Origin: the human T2T-CHM13v2.0 reference genome, Homo sapiens
Length of the DNA stretch: 64,000 nucleotides
Strand: one strand, 5' to 3'
NCBI RefSeq assembly: GCF_009914755.1
Contig: NC_060930.1
Shown one piece after another: positions 45,934 to 60,578 of this stretch. The translations under genes and the position numbers were made by a program. The first letter of the stretch is position 1; every line of letters starts with the position of its first letter. The notes below the pieces were generated by a model. That model saw only the letters and a list, made by a program, of their open reading frames with translations. It had not been told where the DNA came from and made no database searches.

Positions 45934-48194
45934 TGACCATGCTAACAGCAAGGGGTGAACTAGATAGCAAAAAATTTTAATCATGCAGTGAAGGAAGTTA
46001 GGACAACCCCTAGCTGTGAGGTTATAGGAAGAAAAGGGTCAAAGAGAGGAACTACTACAAATGCACCTTTATGCCATGTGGCTCAGATCTTCTTGGTTGG
46101 AGCTTTTAGTAATAAAAAAGTTAAAGTAGGTCCAGAAATAAGGAGAAGCTGTTCAAAATGAGTCAGGCTGCTGGAAAACAGAGGGGGGTTCCTGTGATCC
46201 CTCTGTGTCCCTGCAGTGGGAAGGACCCTCGCCCCAGGCTGGTGAAGGTGCCTAGCTGTGTGACATGATTGGCATCCCCAGTGTGGGACCATGTAAAACC
46301 TACGTATCTGGAATAAGGCCTCTGGATCTTTTTTAAACAGGACTGAACAATTGCTCCTTGTTTTGAAAAACTTTTCTGTTGCTGTTGGTATTTTCATGTC
46401 CAAGGCAAACAGAGAGTCATGTGGATGCTCAGAAATTGAAACCTTGCCCCTGTTTTGGAAGAGATGTGTTTCAGCCTGTCCTTCAAAGGGATTTCTCACC
46501 ATGCAACCTATTATGTTCATATTTTATTTGGAAAAATGGAGAGAAAGAGAAGAGGAAATGCAAAGAAGAAGGAAAGGAAACAGAAGTATGGGAGCAAGAA
46601 AGTCCAAGAAAGAAAGAGACCATCGGGTGCTTGTGCATGACTGTCTTTCATATGGAATTAATGGTGGTTTAATGGGGTATGAAAGGATGTTTTACTGGAA
46701 ACAACGAGGAACAATTGTCTAGCTCACGTTTCATTTCACAGGTCATTATTGCATTAAGAAGTAAATCGACCAAGTCTGGTAAATAACAGTCTGTGTATTG
46801 CCGAGAGCTTCAAACCAACAATTTTAGCCATCACAAACTAATATCTCTGTCATTTTAACCCTTGCAGGGTTGTGCTAGGGGGCTAAACAATTACAGTCTT
46901 CACCCAGTTCTAGAAGGTGAGCATAATTCATTGCCCTTCTAGTCCCTTCTTTTGCAAAACCCAGGAGGCCATATTTTAGCATTGTTGTTTTGTTGATGAG
47001 CCAGCCTTAGCCAAATGCAGCTCTGGTGGCCTTGAAAAACAACCCCCATTTTAGTGAGTGCTGCAGGCATCTTTAAACACACTGCTTCCTCTGCAAAATT
47101 AATTGCTGCAAAATGCAGTGCTCCCTCATCTAAGCTTTTGCAAGCTCAAACTCAGCTATTTGGGTAGGTCATAGATGTGTCTGAGAGATCCAGGGTAAAT
47201 GAGCTGCTTTTCTTTATTATAGAAGTTCACGTTCATGTCACCAAACATTATCAGGCACTGGACATACAGGAGTTTCTAATGCTTAAATTCCGGTTCCATT
47301 AACTCAGGGGCAATTGGTGGATGAGGCCAATCCTGGCCGTATTTTGAAGCAGTTGTGTAGTAAATAAACACATCAAAGAGAGTTTATTGTAAACAATCAT
47401 ACTTAAAATACATACGGTAAAATAAAGTGCATATTAAAATAAAATTTTCTTGCTTCAACTTGGGACAAAAATGTCAAAGACAAACCAGGCTATACTGGCC
47501 CCGCAGGAACTGGTCTTAATCACCTCTTTTCTGCCATCCTATCCATCCTTTTACATCTCTTGGTATACCCCACATGAACTGACCTCTGTTCCCTCTAAGT
47601 TCCCATTACCGCTTCATCCCCCTCCAGCTTCCTGGGCCAGCCCCATATGAACTGTCAACATTTCCTCATAATTTTTCAATCAAAAACTGATGTTTATCCT
47701 ACAGAGTGGATATGGAATTCTCCACACTTCCACAGTACCTCTAAAATGTGGTAAGTAAGGTCTAATTTCTTTCTTGAAAGAGAAAAAATCTTGCAGAGAT
47801 GGCATCAGTATTCCAATGTCTTACTTTTATTATTTCAACTAACACTAAGGTCTTACAAATAACTATGGTGTGCTGAATAATAGCCTCCCTAGGATGCTTA
47901 TGCCCTAATCCTGATTATGTGAATATGGCAAGGGACTTTGAAGATATTATTAAGTGTATAGATCTTAAAGTAGGAAGACTATCCTGGACTATAAACCTTA
48001 GAAGCAGAGAACTTTCTCTGGCTAGAATTAGAGAGTTGTAGTAAAGGAGAAGGCGGGAGAGATTCAAAGCATGAGAGGCACACAATTAGCTATTGCTGAT
48101 TTTGAAGATGAAGACAGCCGCAAGTCAGGGAATGCAGGCAGCCCTAGAAGTTGAGCATGAAGCCTGGCCTACAGTGAACAAGGACACAGCAACC

Positions 48195-49603
48195 ATAACT
48201 GAGCAGCTTAGCAGCTGAGCCTCAAACTGCATTTTAAACTTTTTTTTCTTATTTTCCTTTTCCTCTTTTCTCTTCCAGTCTCGGGATAAAATTTTGAGAC
48301 AAACTGCATATGTTACTGATGGAAGGTATCCGAGTTACCAGCAGTAAATCTGTGTGGGTCCGCAGCAACCTCAATTTCTGCCTCCTCAGATGAAAGAACT
48401 TGACAGAGGGATATAAGGCAGAAAAAGAGACCGAGACAAGTTTCAGAGCAGGTGAGGAAGTATATTTTAAAAGGCTTTGGAACAGGAGAGAAAGGAAAGT
48501 ACGCTTGATAGAGATCCAAGTGGGTGACTTGAAGAACAAGTGTGGTGTTTCACTGTTAACTGTGATACTAGGACTTTACAGGGTGGCCCCCTTCTGGCGT
48601 CTTTAAACCCCTTCTCATGATTCTTCCCTTAGGGTGGTCTGCCCACATATGCAGTGCCCTCCTTACCCTTGGGAGGTGAGCATGCACAGTGTGTTAAGGA
48701 AACTGTATGCATGCCCATCTGAGGCTTTCTTCCCTTTGCTGCTGGTGTGCCCCTGGAAAGGCAAACTCTGCCATTTTTGTCTCTTAGTGCATATGCCCAG
48801 GAAGTTGCTTCTTCCTGGCGTCTCCATTCAATTAACACTTCAGTGCAACAGGTGTGGCCCATCAGGAAATGGCCTCTTCCTGGCACCATCTGCCAATCTG
48901 TCACTTTTAGGGAGGCAATGTGATAATTGCCAAACCATCACTCAACATTCCTAGTGGGTAGGGGAGAGCCCTCTTCTGCCCTACTCTATGCCTGTCTAAC
49001 AACCTATAACACATCTATGTAACCTCTCATATTAAAATACAGCCTCAGTATGTGCTGTGAATCTCAATTCCTTTTCCTTCTCCATACAATACTCCCATGC
49101 CTTATGCACATTTATTTACCTAAATGCTTGTCAAGCACGCACCATGCTTTCTTATCTGGTCATATATTTCCTTATATACTTTAGGAGTCAGATCCTGATA
49201 GTGACAAGGCACCTCTGGAATTCTCTCTCTAACAAAAGATTGCTTAAAGATGGAACCCACTCCCAGATGATGAGTGACTACAAAATTGACTGAAAGTAAT
49301 TTATAACCTGGCAGGGTCTACGATGGCAGCATCCCCTTTGCCAAATAGGACAACTGTTCAAGAGGGGCCACTGGAGCAAGTCACGCTACCTTATACCTCT
49401 CAGCCCCCACACTTCTTCTGCATTCCAAATCTTTCCTTTAAAAACCTCTGTGGAATTGAATAGGGGAACTGAAGAGTGGAATTGCTTTCTACTCTTCCCC
49501 TGCTAGCATGGATAATAAACCAATTTTGCTTCCTTTTATCACAACTTATTATTTTGACTTCTTTTCATAAGCAGTGAGCAGCCGGACTCTTTGGCCGGTT
49601 ACA
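48195..49603 (+). mobile_element. ERVL-class solo LTR (LTR62/64-like), middle element of the nest
   Basis: Starts (a)taactgagcagcttagc, ends gagcagccggactc...cggttaca; AATAAA 49514-49519; 5-bp TSD caacc/cgacc. Confidence 0.65.
48311..49011 (-). mobile_element. MER50 (ERV1) solo LTR, inner element of the nest
   Basis: tgttactgatggaaggtatccgagttaccagc...gcagcaacctcaatttctgcctcctcaga is the reverse of the MER50 3' end; 4-bp TSD cata/catc. Confidence 0.88.
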
Positions 49604-50599
49604 CGACCACAGTCCTACAACTACATGGAACTGAATCTGGCCAAGAACCTGAGTGAGACTGAAGGTGAAATCATCTCCAGAAACTCCAGAAAGAAACACA
49701 ATCCTGCCATTACCTGAATTTTGGCCATCAGAGATCTGAAGCAGAGAAAATAGCCAAGTTCACCAGACTTCTGACCTACAAAACTGTGAGATAATACTTA
49801 GGTGTTGTTTGAAGCCACTACATTGTTAATAATTTGTTATAGCAGCAATAGAAAACTTGTACAAAAACCAGGATGTCATGCTCAAATGTTCATCACCATT
49901 CCAACCAGGATCATGATAAGTGGTGGCAGTGGTGGCAATGGAATGGAATAGTCAAGTTATTTAGTGCTTATCCTATGACAGGCCTGGGGCCAAGTTTTTT
50001 ATATGCATTTTGTCTACAAAATTATAAAGCTCTAAGATTTCCTTTGTCTGTAACGTGTTCAAACAGAAAGACAGTATATAGCCTACAGATATGGATAGGC
50101 TGGTTTCCACATGGGCAGTGCCCAAGAAAAGTTGCATCCTACCAATATCACCCAAAAGGGAAGAGATTATTATTCATAGCCATATTAAAAAATGGCTTCA
50201 ACTCCCTTCCTTCATGGCAATGACTTTCAAGAACTTACATTCAGTTTTTATTAATATTTCTCCTGTGAGGAAGCTAATCAAATTGAAATTCAGTCATACT
50301 GGAAGTCCTTAATTCTGTAGTAGAAAGATTGGCTTCTAGGTCTAGGAAAATTTCTTTTCTTTGGTGTTCTTTTCCTTGACACACTTTACATAATAACCAA
50401 CTCATGTTTCAAGATTCTAGTTTTCCATATAAATGAGTTATACTATCATTATTCTTACTATAAAAACTAAATTATACATACACATTTTTTTAATGGCAAC
50501 CTTCTAGTTTTTCCCTCTGAGTAGTAGTGCTGAAGATCAAGATAGCAGAGGGGTAAGAGGCATGATATATTTTCTTTTTCATTTTCTGTTTTACTGTTT

Positions 50600-51610
50600 T
50601 ATTTATTCATTCAACAAAAATCTCTAGGATAATGTCTTAAAAGTGAAGTTGCTAAGTCAGAAGTACAGAGCTTTAGGTGGTAGCCAGATGACAAAAAGCT
50701 AAGAAAAGTGATATTTGAGAACGAAGTTTGAGAACTCTTTCTCCACATTTTCCCCAACACTGCAAATTATCACACTTTTTAATTATTGCAAATATGATTG
50801 GGAAAATAATAATAATTATAGTAGCAGTGGTCATTATTGCCTTAGAAGTGGTGGAAATCTTTATTAGGTTTATCTTTTTAATCCTTATAATAATCATTTG
50901 AGTACATAATATTAATATCTCCAAGTCCTAAATTTAAAAACTGAGGCATAAAGGAGATGAGCAACTTGCTTACAATTGCACATCTGGTTAGTGGACACAA
51001 TCCAAGCAGCTGGACTCAGTGCAAGAACTCTTAACCTGTGCTTTGATTGTGAGAAAACTTTGGCTTTTTGTATGTTTATTGATATTTGTTTCATTTCTCT
51101 GTAAAATGTTTCTTGGAATTCTTTGCAAATTTTTTCAGTTGGTTTGTTCCTTTTTGTTCTTAAATATTAGTAAGTTGTTTTTACATTGATGAAATTAGCC
51201 CTTTGCTAGATGAGTTGCAAATTTATTTCTAGTTTTTTAGTTTTGCTTTTAATATTCTTTAAGAAGTTTTAATTCTTTTATATTCAAATTTTTAAATCTA
51301 CCCACGTATTTTCTAGATTTTGATTCATGCAAAGAAGTATCCCTGTAACTCTAAATAACGTCATCAATATTTTCTAGTAATTCCATGGGGTTTTCCATCT
51401 TTAATCCATTTAAAATTTATTTTTGTAAAGAAAAAGATAAAAATTTCTGAATTGTTTTTTCTCCCTACATGATGAGTCAAATGGCTCAACGTTGCTATTT
51501 GAATGATTTCTATTTTCCCATAATTTAAAATGCTATTTTTGTTATAAACTAAATTGTCAAATGCATCTGAATCTATTTCCGACTTTTAGAAGTTTATTCC
51601 ATCAACATAT
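50600..51610 (-). mobile_element. Ancient L1M(E) fragments split by a reverse MIR (about 50810-51040)
   Basis: ttctccacattttccccaacactg...tattgcaaatatgattggg; gaaattagccctttg...gttgcaaat; MIR aaactgaggcataaaggagatgagcaacttgc. Confidence 0.65.
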
Positions 51611-51971
51611 TTATTTCTAGAATATTTTTAATGAATGCTTCCAATTGTCAGAAACTAAGATTACTTTTTACATCTCATGAAAATGTAAATACATAAAGAA
51701 AAAACTGTAAACCAGACAAACGAATTTTTCAGACCCATAATATTGAGATGAGAATTTGCTTAGTACTTATTTATGAGCTGGTTTGGTATCTATTGGCAAG
51801 GCACAAGCATTTTATTTATTGGAGGGACTGCTCAAGTATTCCCTTCCATTAAAATGTGCATATATGCATACACATGAAAATATAAAAATAATGAAACTGA
51901 AAATAGACAAACATTCATCCATTCATCTTAGGCATAAAATAAGCTCAGGTTTGAGATTCTACCTTCTAAAT

Positions 51972-52158
51972 TTTTGAGAGGTTGAAGGGAGGGAAGAGGG
52001 TCTCACTCTGTCACCCACGCTGGAGTGCAGTGGCATAATCATGGCTCACTTCAGCCTTGACCTCTCAGGCTCAGGTGATCCTCTTACCTCAGCCTCCCAA
52101 GTAGCTGGTATTATAGGTGTGCACCACCACACCTGGCTAATACTTTTTGTTAAATTTT
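51972..52158 (-). mobile_element. AluJ right monomer/FRAM-like
   Basis: gggtctcactctgtcacccacgctggagtgcagtggcataatcatggctcac...cacctggctaat. Confidence 0.88.
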
Positions 52159-52819
52159 TCAATACTATTGTACTGAAAGGATTAAAGCAGCAACGCAGGG
52201 TTACTCCATTATTAAAACTTGAAGACTAGGAACACAGCTTACTAGTCAATGAAGTCCTTGAAATAATATGGGAAAAAAAGAGAAAAAAGAAATAAACTAA
52301 AATAAAAAGAAATAGAAAATACAGAGCCAGTTTATTATTATGGCAAAAAAATCAAGTAATTTCATTTACAGATAGGTATTCAAAAATAGCTCCTCTTGTG
52401 GAACACTGATACTACTGCTTTTCAAACATACAATAAAACAGAGAAATGTGAATAGATTTCTCATAAAGGATTGTTAACTTGAGTAGTAAAATTCTCAGTC
52501 TCAGAAAATCTTGATGCTTTGGTTGGAGGCTTGAGTATTTAAATAATACCTCCTGCAAATGGCAGGTAATCCAAGTCTAGACAAGCTTTGTTTTTTAATT
52601 GACTGAATTATATGCCCAGGATCAATTAGGTGCTCTCTAGATTGGTTTCTAATTCTGTGATTCATTTCTAATCCTAGGAACCCAGGCTACATCTGATGAC
52701 CACTGACTTATAAAAGGGTAATTTACCAGGGATAAATAGAGTCTACTACATGGCTTAAAAAATCAATTCTCTTTAATGTGTATCCCTCAGAACAAAGGAA
52801 GAAAAATATCCATATGATG

Positions 52820-53262
52820 AATGCAGCTACATGTAGCTATTTAGTCTTTGAAATGTGACTAGTGCACCCAAGGAGCTAAGCTTCAAATTATGTATAATTT
52901 TAATTAATTATAATTTAAAATGTAAAACTGATAACAATTATTGGAAAATGTTTAGGTATATTTTAAACAATGTTTATATGTGATTCTACTTTTTCAGTTG
53001 CAAAGTTTATAAAATATAGGCAAAGATCAAATACTTTTGATAAAAACACTTTATAAATTGACATGGCATAACAGTAAAAAGCACAACAGATTTTAAACAC
53101 ATAGTATAAGAAACATAATGCAAAATATCTCAACTACACTGATTACATATTAAAATGATGATTTTTAAATATATTGAGCTGTTTCTTTTTACTGCTTTTA
53201 GCCTGGATGCTAAGATACTAAGTCACACTGGTGCATTATATTTCTTTTGAACAATACTGTTC
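52820..53262 (+). mobile_element. Charlie1-family hAT remnant
   Basis: ctacatgtagctatttag...ttgaaatgtgactagtg...gattctactttttca...gcattatatttcttttgaacaatactg. Confidence 0.65.
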
Positions 53263-53344
53263 TGGATGGTTAATATTCAGTTCTTATTCCTAGATTTAGA
53301 AAAAAATCACTGAAAACTGAAGATCATCAAAAATATGCCAGTCC

Positions 53345-54652
<1,308 letters not shown>

Positions 54653-55104
54653 CATAAGCCGGTCTAAAAAGTGAAGAACTAAAAAAATGTCATATATTGG
54701 CTGATAGAAGGAATTTAGAATTCCTATGCTTGAAAAAGTCTTATTTGGCTTATTATAAAATCATTGTCTTACTGTCTTTGAATATGTAAAATGCTGTAAT
54801 ACAGAAAGACTTATATGAAACCTGGAAAGACTTATACTCTGTCATGCCAAAAGGCAAACTAGGTCACTGGGTAGAAGTCATAGAAGGAAGAACCTAACAA
54901 TAACAAGTTATTCAAAATATAATATAGGCAGCCTTAAAAGGGTGTGAACTCCCACTTCCTGGGAAAATGAAAGGTAAAGGGCACATATGCATGTGAAGTG
55001 AAGCTGATTGATCTTCAAGGGACCATCCAAATCAAAGGCACTACAATCTTGTCATTTCTTTCCAAGTAGCATGTATTCCTGTAGACTAATAGATTAACAT
55101 GAGG

Positions 55105-55393
55105 CAATATTTCCCAGAATGTGTTCTGAAGTACACTAGTTCCAAGGGACCCTAATGTGTAGTATGAACAGGTATTCTCTAGTCAAAAAGCTTGGGAAAC
55201 ACCGGGTAACACAAAATTAAACAGTGTTTTTAAAAATTTAATTGCAGAACTTATCAGAATCTTCAGTATTTTAATACACATGGTGGTCTCCAAAATAGGA
55301 ATAGTCAGAGTTTTCAAAATTTATTTGGCCATGTACCACATTTTTTACAATCTCCTGAAATTAGAAAATGGGGGAATATTCTTTGAAAATGCT
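55105..55393 (+). mobile_element. MER103C-like (hAT-Charlie)
   Basis: tttcccagaatgtgttctgaagtacactagttcc...agcttgggaaacaccgggtaacacaaaattaaacag. Confidence 0.75.
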
Positions 55394-55668
55394 AAAACAA
55401 ATTATGCATTAATTAAATCTATAAAATTTACTTTGTGGAAGAGTTGACTGGCAAACTAAACTTAAATTCTTGACTTTCTTATTCACATTTGTTCCCTCAT
55501 TCAGCAAACATTAACAAAGCCTATATTATGTTCCATAAATTGTACTAGAAATTCAAAGACATTTACCTTGAAGTCACTCACAGTCTGGTAAGAAAGCAGA
55601 CTTGTAAAATGATGGCGGTAACCCACGAGAGGGGCTGTAATGGAGCTGAGCAACGGGTGAAGGAGAGT

Positions 55669-56041
55669 CACAAAGGTCCTCCATATTCCTGAGTTCTGCA
55701 TCAGTGGATTTGATCAAAAATCCGCTGATCAGATCAAAAACTGCAGATCAAAAATATGTGGAGGAAAAAAAAAAACTCTACAAAGTTCCAAACAGAAGTT
55801 TCACTTGATTTTGATTTTGCCACATGACGAGTACTATGTTGAATCCACACAAACGAAGTGATGTGTTAGCCATCTTATTAGGTATTATAAGTAATCGACA
55901 CACGATTTAAAGTGTACAGGAGAATGTATGTAGATTAGATGCAAACACTACACCTTTTTAATATAAGACTTGAGCATCTGTGGATTTTGGTATCTGTAGG
56001 GGTCCTAGAACCAATGCCACATGGATGTTTAGGAATAGCTG
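55669..56041 (+). mobile_element. MER2B (TcMar-Tigger)
   Basis: gagtactatgttgaatccacac...tattaggtattataagtaatc...gacttgagcatctgtggattttggtatct...ctg then TA. Confidence 0.85.
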
Positions 56042-56257
56042 TATATATATTATGTATGAAGAAGAGGAACTAAATGAGTTTTTTTGTGGTTGTTATAGCA
56101 TCGCCCTTCAAAAATGTTAAAGTAGTCGACAGTTACTTGTTAAACTCTAAAAATCTATTTGCTACCAAGTAAAGTAAAAATATGTGAATGATCCAGTTAA
56201 ATATATCTCTGTATAGAGTCCTACCAGATGATTCAGACCACACAATGATAATTATCC

Positions 56258-56505
56258 AGAAGTGGTTATGAACTCTGGCTTTGGAGTCAGACAAATATAG
56301 ATTTAAATCTTGGTTCTGCACATTCTAACTGTGGGACTGTGAAAAATTAGTTAACTTCTCCAAACCTCTATTTTCCCAAATGTGAAGGGGTATAACGATC
56401 CCTTCATGTTAAGGTTGTTGTAAGGATAAATGAGAGTATTTATAAACTATTTAGCATAATGCCTGGCACATGGAATGCACTAGATAATGGCAATTATTAT
56501 TATTG
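56258..56505 (+). mobile_element. MIR SINE, near full length
   Basis: ggctttggagtcagac...ggttgttgtaaggataaatgag...gcctggcacat. Confidence 0.88.
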
Positions 56506-56696
56506 CTAGTTTGTTTGGATAATTGCTAGAATAATTGTACAATCTCAGTTTTGTTTGTTCTGTGTGGACAGAGCTTTGTATGCGATGAAAGCTGACAGAT
56601 CTAAAACAGATAACACTGAAGAATATAAAGAAAGAAGGAGAAAACTTGGATAGAGGGTACTGGGTAGTATAGCATAGTCTTAAAAACACAGTTCGG

Positions 56697-57005
56697 GGCT
56701 GGGCATGGTGACTCATGCCCATAATTGCAGCACTTTGGGAGGCCAAGGTAAGAGGATCGCTTGAGACCAGGAGTTCAAGACCAGCCTGGCCAATATAGTG
56801 AGACCTCATCTCTACGAAAAATTTTTTTAAAAAAAAACTAGCCAGGTGTGGTGACATGTGCCTGTAGTCACAGCTACTTGGAAGGCTGAGGTGGGAGGAT
56901 CACTTGAGCCCAGGAGTTGAAGGTTGTAGTGAGCTATGATTGTACCACTGCACTCTGGCCTGGGCGACAGAGTGAGACCTTGTTTCTAAAAATAAAAAAT
57001 AAAAA
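56697..57005 (+). mobile_element. AluJ inserted in a MIR (MIR about 56665-57222)
   Basis: J diagnostics gaggatcgcttgag, gtgagctatgattg; 14-bp TSD taaaaacacagttc at 56681-56694 and 57006-57019. Confidence 0.93.
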
Positions 57006-58231
57006 TAAAAACACAGTTCAATCTGAACCTTGTTAATTAGCTTTAGGACTTGGACAATTTACCTAATGTCTACATCAGTTCCCACACCTATAAAATGGAG
57101 GCAACAGGACTATCTCTTAGAGTAGAACCCGTTGATGGCATTAAATGAGGTAACTCATTGAAAGGTCACAGCACAGAGCCAGAAATATGGTGGACACTCA
57201 GCAAGTGTTAGATGCTGTTATTGTTAATGGAAGATTTGAGGAGCAAGACAATCACAATAATAACATGTCTAGATTGAGGAAAGGAAAAGGAAATTGTCCC
57301 CATAGATCACATGCCTGTTCATATCATCTTTTATAGATCACACATGAAAATCATTCCAACTCACAGCATGGACTACTTCGAAATGTAATCAAATATTGTT
57401 ATGGCATTCACTGCCTGGAGACCAGGCAAGTCATGAGGGAGTGACAAAATAAGGTGAAGGAAAGGTACTCTTTGGGTCTGAACGATGTACCACTAGAAGC
57501 CGTATCCCCCCCTGCTTGGGATTAAAATCCCTTGCAGCTGCGAATCCCAAAGAGTCTAATATTTTCTGAGACTCCACTGTGCCTTTATATTTTAATACCA
57601 TGACATCTGGAATCCTAAAAGTCTAATGTTTAACCATAAATATCTGCTGAAATTAAAGAGCTATATACCAAGCTTCAATCTTTGGGGCCTGTAATTGCTT
57701 GGGAAAAGAGAATGGTATTTTCCCCTCTAGCTAGAAGAAAAAGACCTCTGCAAGCACAGATATTGGCAGACAAATTTTCTAACCGTTTCCTCTCTCCATT
57801 CTGTCCTCTCATTTTCTCCCTCCCTCTCCAATCTCCCATTTTATAATACCATCTTGCTGTCATTCTCAGGATAAATGGGAAAAAAGAGAAGCCTAGAAAC
57901 CTTAAAGAAAAGACACATTTCAAGGTCTAGCAACAAAAAGTTGAGAAACTGCAAGCCACTCTCTGTTAAGTAGCTGAGCAGACGTCACCACAATACCTGA
58001 GCTTTCCCCATTATTCAGTTAGAAACCACTTCATCACTCAGTGGGCTGACAGTCAAATGCCAGCTTTATTTTCTTTTTTTTATCAACCTAATCTTTTATT
58101 TTTGATTTGAGGCCAGTCACTTTTAAGGTCTCCACAGTGGTTTATAACTTTCTTTCTTGAGAAGTGTCCAAGAAGTAACACAATTTGAAAAATGTTCCCT
58201 ACTGTCTCATGGTAAAGAATGGGAAACTCAC

Positions 58232-58283
58232 CTGCCCTGAAGGTGTATGTGGTCAGAAATCTTGGTCAGACCACAGTACTTTG
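58232..58283 (-). other. Candidate 52-nt exon on the minus strand (speculative)
   Basis: Minus: cttttcccacactttccttggcattatttccag|CAAAGT...GGGCAG|gtgagt; strong acceptor and consensus donor in non-repeat DNA. Confidence 0.3.
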
Positions 58284-58767
58284 CTGGAAATAATGCCAAG
58301 GAAAGTGTGGGAAAAGCTTATCGTGAGTTTATATTTTTAATATAACTATTCTATGTGGCATTTAAAACATACACTTAGTATCAAACCCATTTTTATCCAC
58401 TGATATATTATGAAAGTGACATTTTGAGGTCAGTCACCTCACTTCTAGGAAAAATGATCCATTTAAAAAGAGGTTTAATATGTTGTTTTTATTCAAATAA
58501 TTAAGATTGTAAATATTCCTGAATCTTTTTAGCTAATGTTCTTTTCTCTTGTGGAAATATATTCAGTGTGTTCATAAGCAAGTATGTTTATATCTGTTGG
58601 TATTTGGCACAGAGAGCTAATTCTTGATTATTCATGAAAATTTGAAACTATCCACTCACTAAATTAAAAATATTGTCTTCTTAATATCTTGTTTATTTAC
58701 TTCAAAAGGAACATATAACTCTATAGTGATGATTCTCAAGCCTAACACAGCAGAATCACTTATTGTT

Positions 58768-58802
58768 TGTGTGTGTGTGAGTGTGTGTGTGTGTGTGTGT
58801 GT
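58768..58802. repeat. (TG)n microsatellite with one interruption
   Basis: Direct reading. Confidence 0.95.
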
Positions 58803-59340
58803 TTAACTCAAAGGTCTGGACTTTACACACATCTATTGATTCAAAATCTCCCTACATGCCAATGAATGTTTAATGTCCTAGATGATCCTAATGATAAGTC
58901 AGTTTTAGTAGCTAGTGTCCTGACCACATCATAAAAAAATATTGGCAGGAGAATGAGGGGGGTTTGTTTTGTTTTAAAATTTTCAGTCTATTGAAGAGTA
59001 ATAATTTAAAAAAATACAAATAATCAGACAAATTAGATATACAAACTATAAGCCCCACGTTTACTTATTAGACTCAACAGACATAAAATTACTCTGCCAA
59101 ATTGCTGTGTTTCTAAGTGATAAATTTCTGTGAATACCTCACTGTAGACAGGTAGCCGATAGTTTGTGGGCCAGCACGCGTGGAGCAGCTACCTCCAAGC
59201 CCCACCTGCTCCCCTTCCACCTGCACAGCTTCCTGGCTGCACTGCCCGCCTCCAGACAGCTAGCGCACTCCAACACAGCTAGCACAATCTTTTCAGGGAG
59301 CAAGGAAAATCCTACTGCCACCTTTCTTAAAATCTCCCAA

Positions 59341-59708
59341 AATATATAGAAATAGGAAATAAAACTGTGGTTAACAGAGACAGGGGTTTGGGAGTGAGAG
59401 GAAATGAGGGGATGTTGGTCAAAGGACACAGAGTTGCAGATATGTAAGGATATGTAAGGCGAATAAGTCCAGAGGTGTAATTCACAACGTGAGGACCCTA
59501 GGTTAATAATACTGTGTTGTAGTCACGATTTTTGCTAATACTATGAATTATAGGTGCTCTTGTCACAAAAAGTAGGGGTGGTTAACCATGTGAGATGATG
59601 GATATGTTCATTTGCTTCACTATAGTAGTCATTTTACTATGTGTAAGAGTATCAAAACATCATGCTGTACATCTGAAATGTACACTAAATAAATAAATTG
59701 AAATAAAA
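59341..59708 (+). mobile_element. L1MA-type 3'UTR end
   Basis: gatgttggtcaaaggacacagagttgcag...tgtgagatgatggatatgttcatttgctt...aaaacatcatgctgtaca. Confidence 0.85.
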
Positions 59709-60056
59709 TCCAAACCTTTTACTCTGGCCAAGAAAGAGGCTGGCTCCTGTCTATCTGCAACTGCTTCTTCTCTCAAAAACTGCACACAGTGGTCTCCTTT
59801 CCACCCACCTCTCACACATGCTGAGGCCCTTTTGGATCTCAGAGTCCCTGCCCTGGCTGCTCCCTCTGCCTGGAAGTCTCCTCCCTCTGCTCAGGGCAGG
59901 CACTCCTCACTCCCCATTCAGGTCTCATTGGAAATGCAACTATTTCAAATAGCAATTCGCCTGCACACAAGACACACACACACACAGACAACTCAAACTA
60001 CCTTTCTAGCCCAAAACACTATTGTATTTTTTCCATCCTTCTCATCTCTCCTGGAA

Positions 60057-60292
60057 TGTGTGTGTGTGTGTGTATGTACTTTATATATATATATTTTTTA
60101 TTTTATATATACGTATTTTATATATTTTTTATATATTTTAATATGTATTTTATATATATTTATATATTTTTTTACATATATATAAAATACATACATACAC
60201 ACATATAAAATATACTCATGTTATATACATACACATACACATATATATGTGTGCATTTGTATGTACATGTATTATATATATAATATATATAA
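60057..60292. repeat. (TG)/(TA)/(CA) low-complexity tract at the Alu tail
   Basis: Direct reading. Confidence 0.9.
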
Positions 60293-60578
60293 TTGTTTTA
60301 GAGACAGGTCTCACTCTGTCAACCAGGCTGGAGTGCAGTGGCGTCATCTTGGCTCACTGTAACCCCCGCCTCCCGGGTTCAAGCGATTTTCATCCCTCAG
60401 CCTCCTGAGTAGCTGGGATCACAGGCATGTGCCATCATACCTGGCTAATTTTTCTATTTTTAGTAGAGACGGATTTTCATCACATTGGCCATGCTGGTCT
60501 CCAACTCCCAACTTTGGGTGATCTGCCTGCCTCAGCCTCCCAAAGTGCTAGGATTATAGGCATGAGCCACAGATCCCA
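60293..60578 (-). mobile_element. AluS
   Basis: Reverse dimer gagacaggtctcactctgtc...caaagtgctaggattataggcatgagccac. Confidence 0.93.

Larger units (their letters stand above)
47864..49863 (+). mobile_element. MLT1 (E/D-like) LTR, outer element of a nest (47864-48194 and 49604-49863)
   Basis: gggactttgaagat...gaatgcaggcagccctagaag / cagtcctacaac...tttgttatagcagcaatagaaaacttgtaca; TSD ataac/aaaac. Confidence 0.85.

Noticed and set aside
59150-59270. Small CpG cluster
   Set aside because: Too short and sparse for a CpG island; lies in L2-derived sequence.
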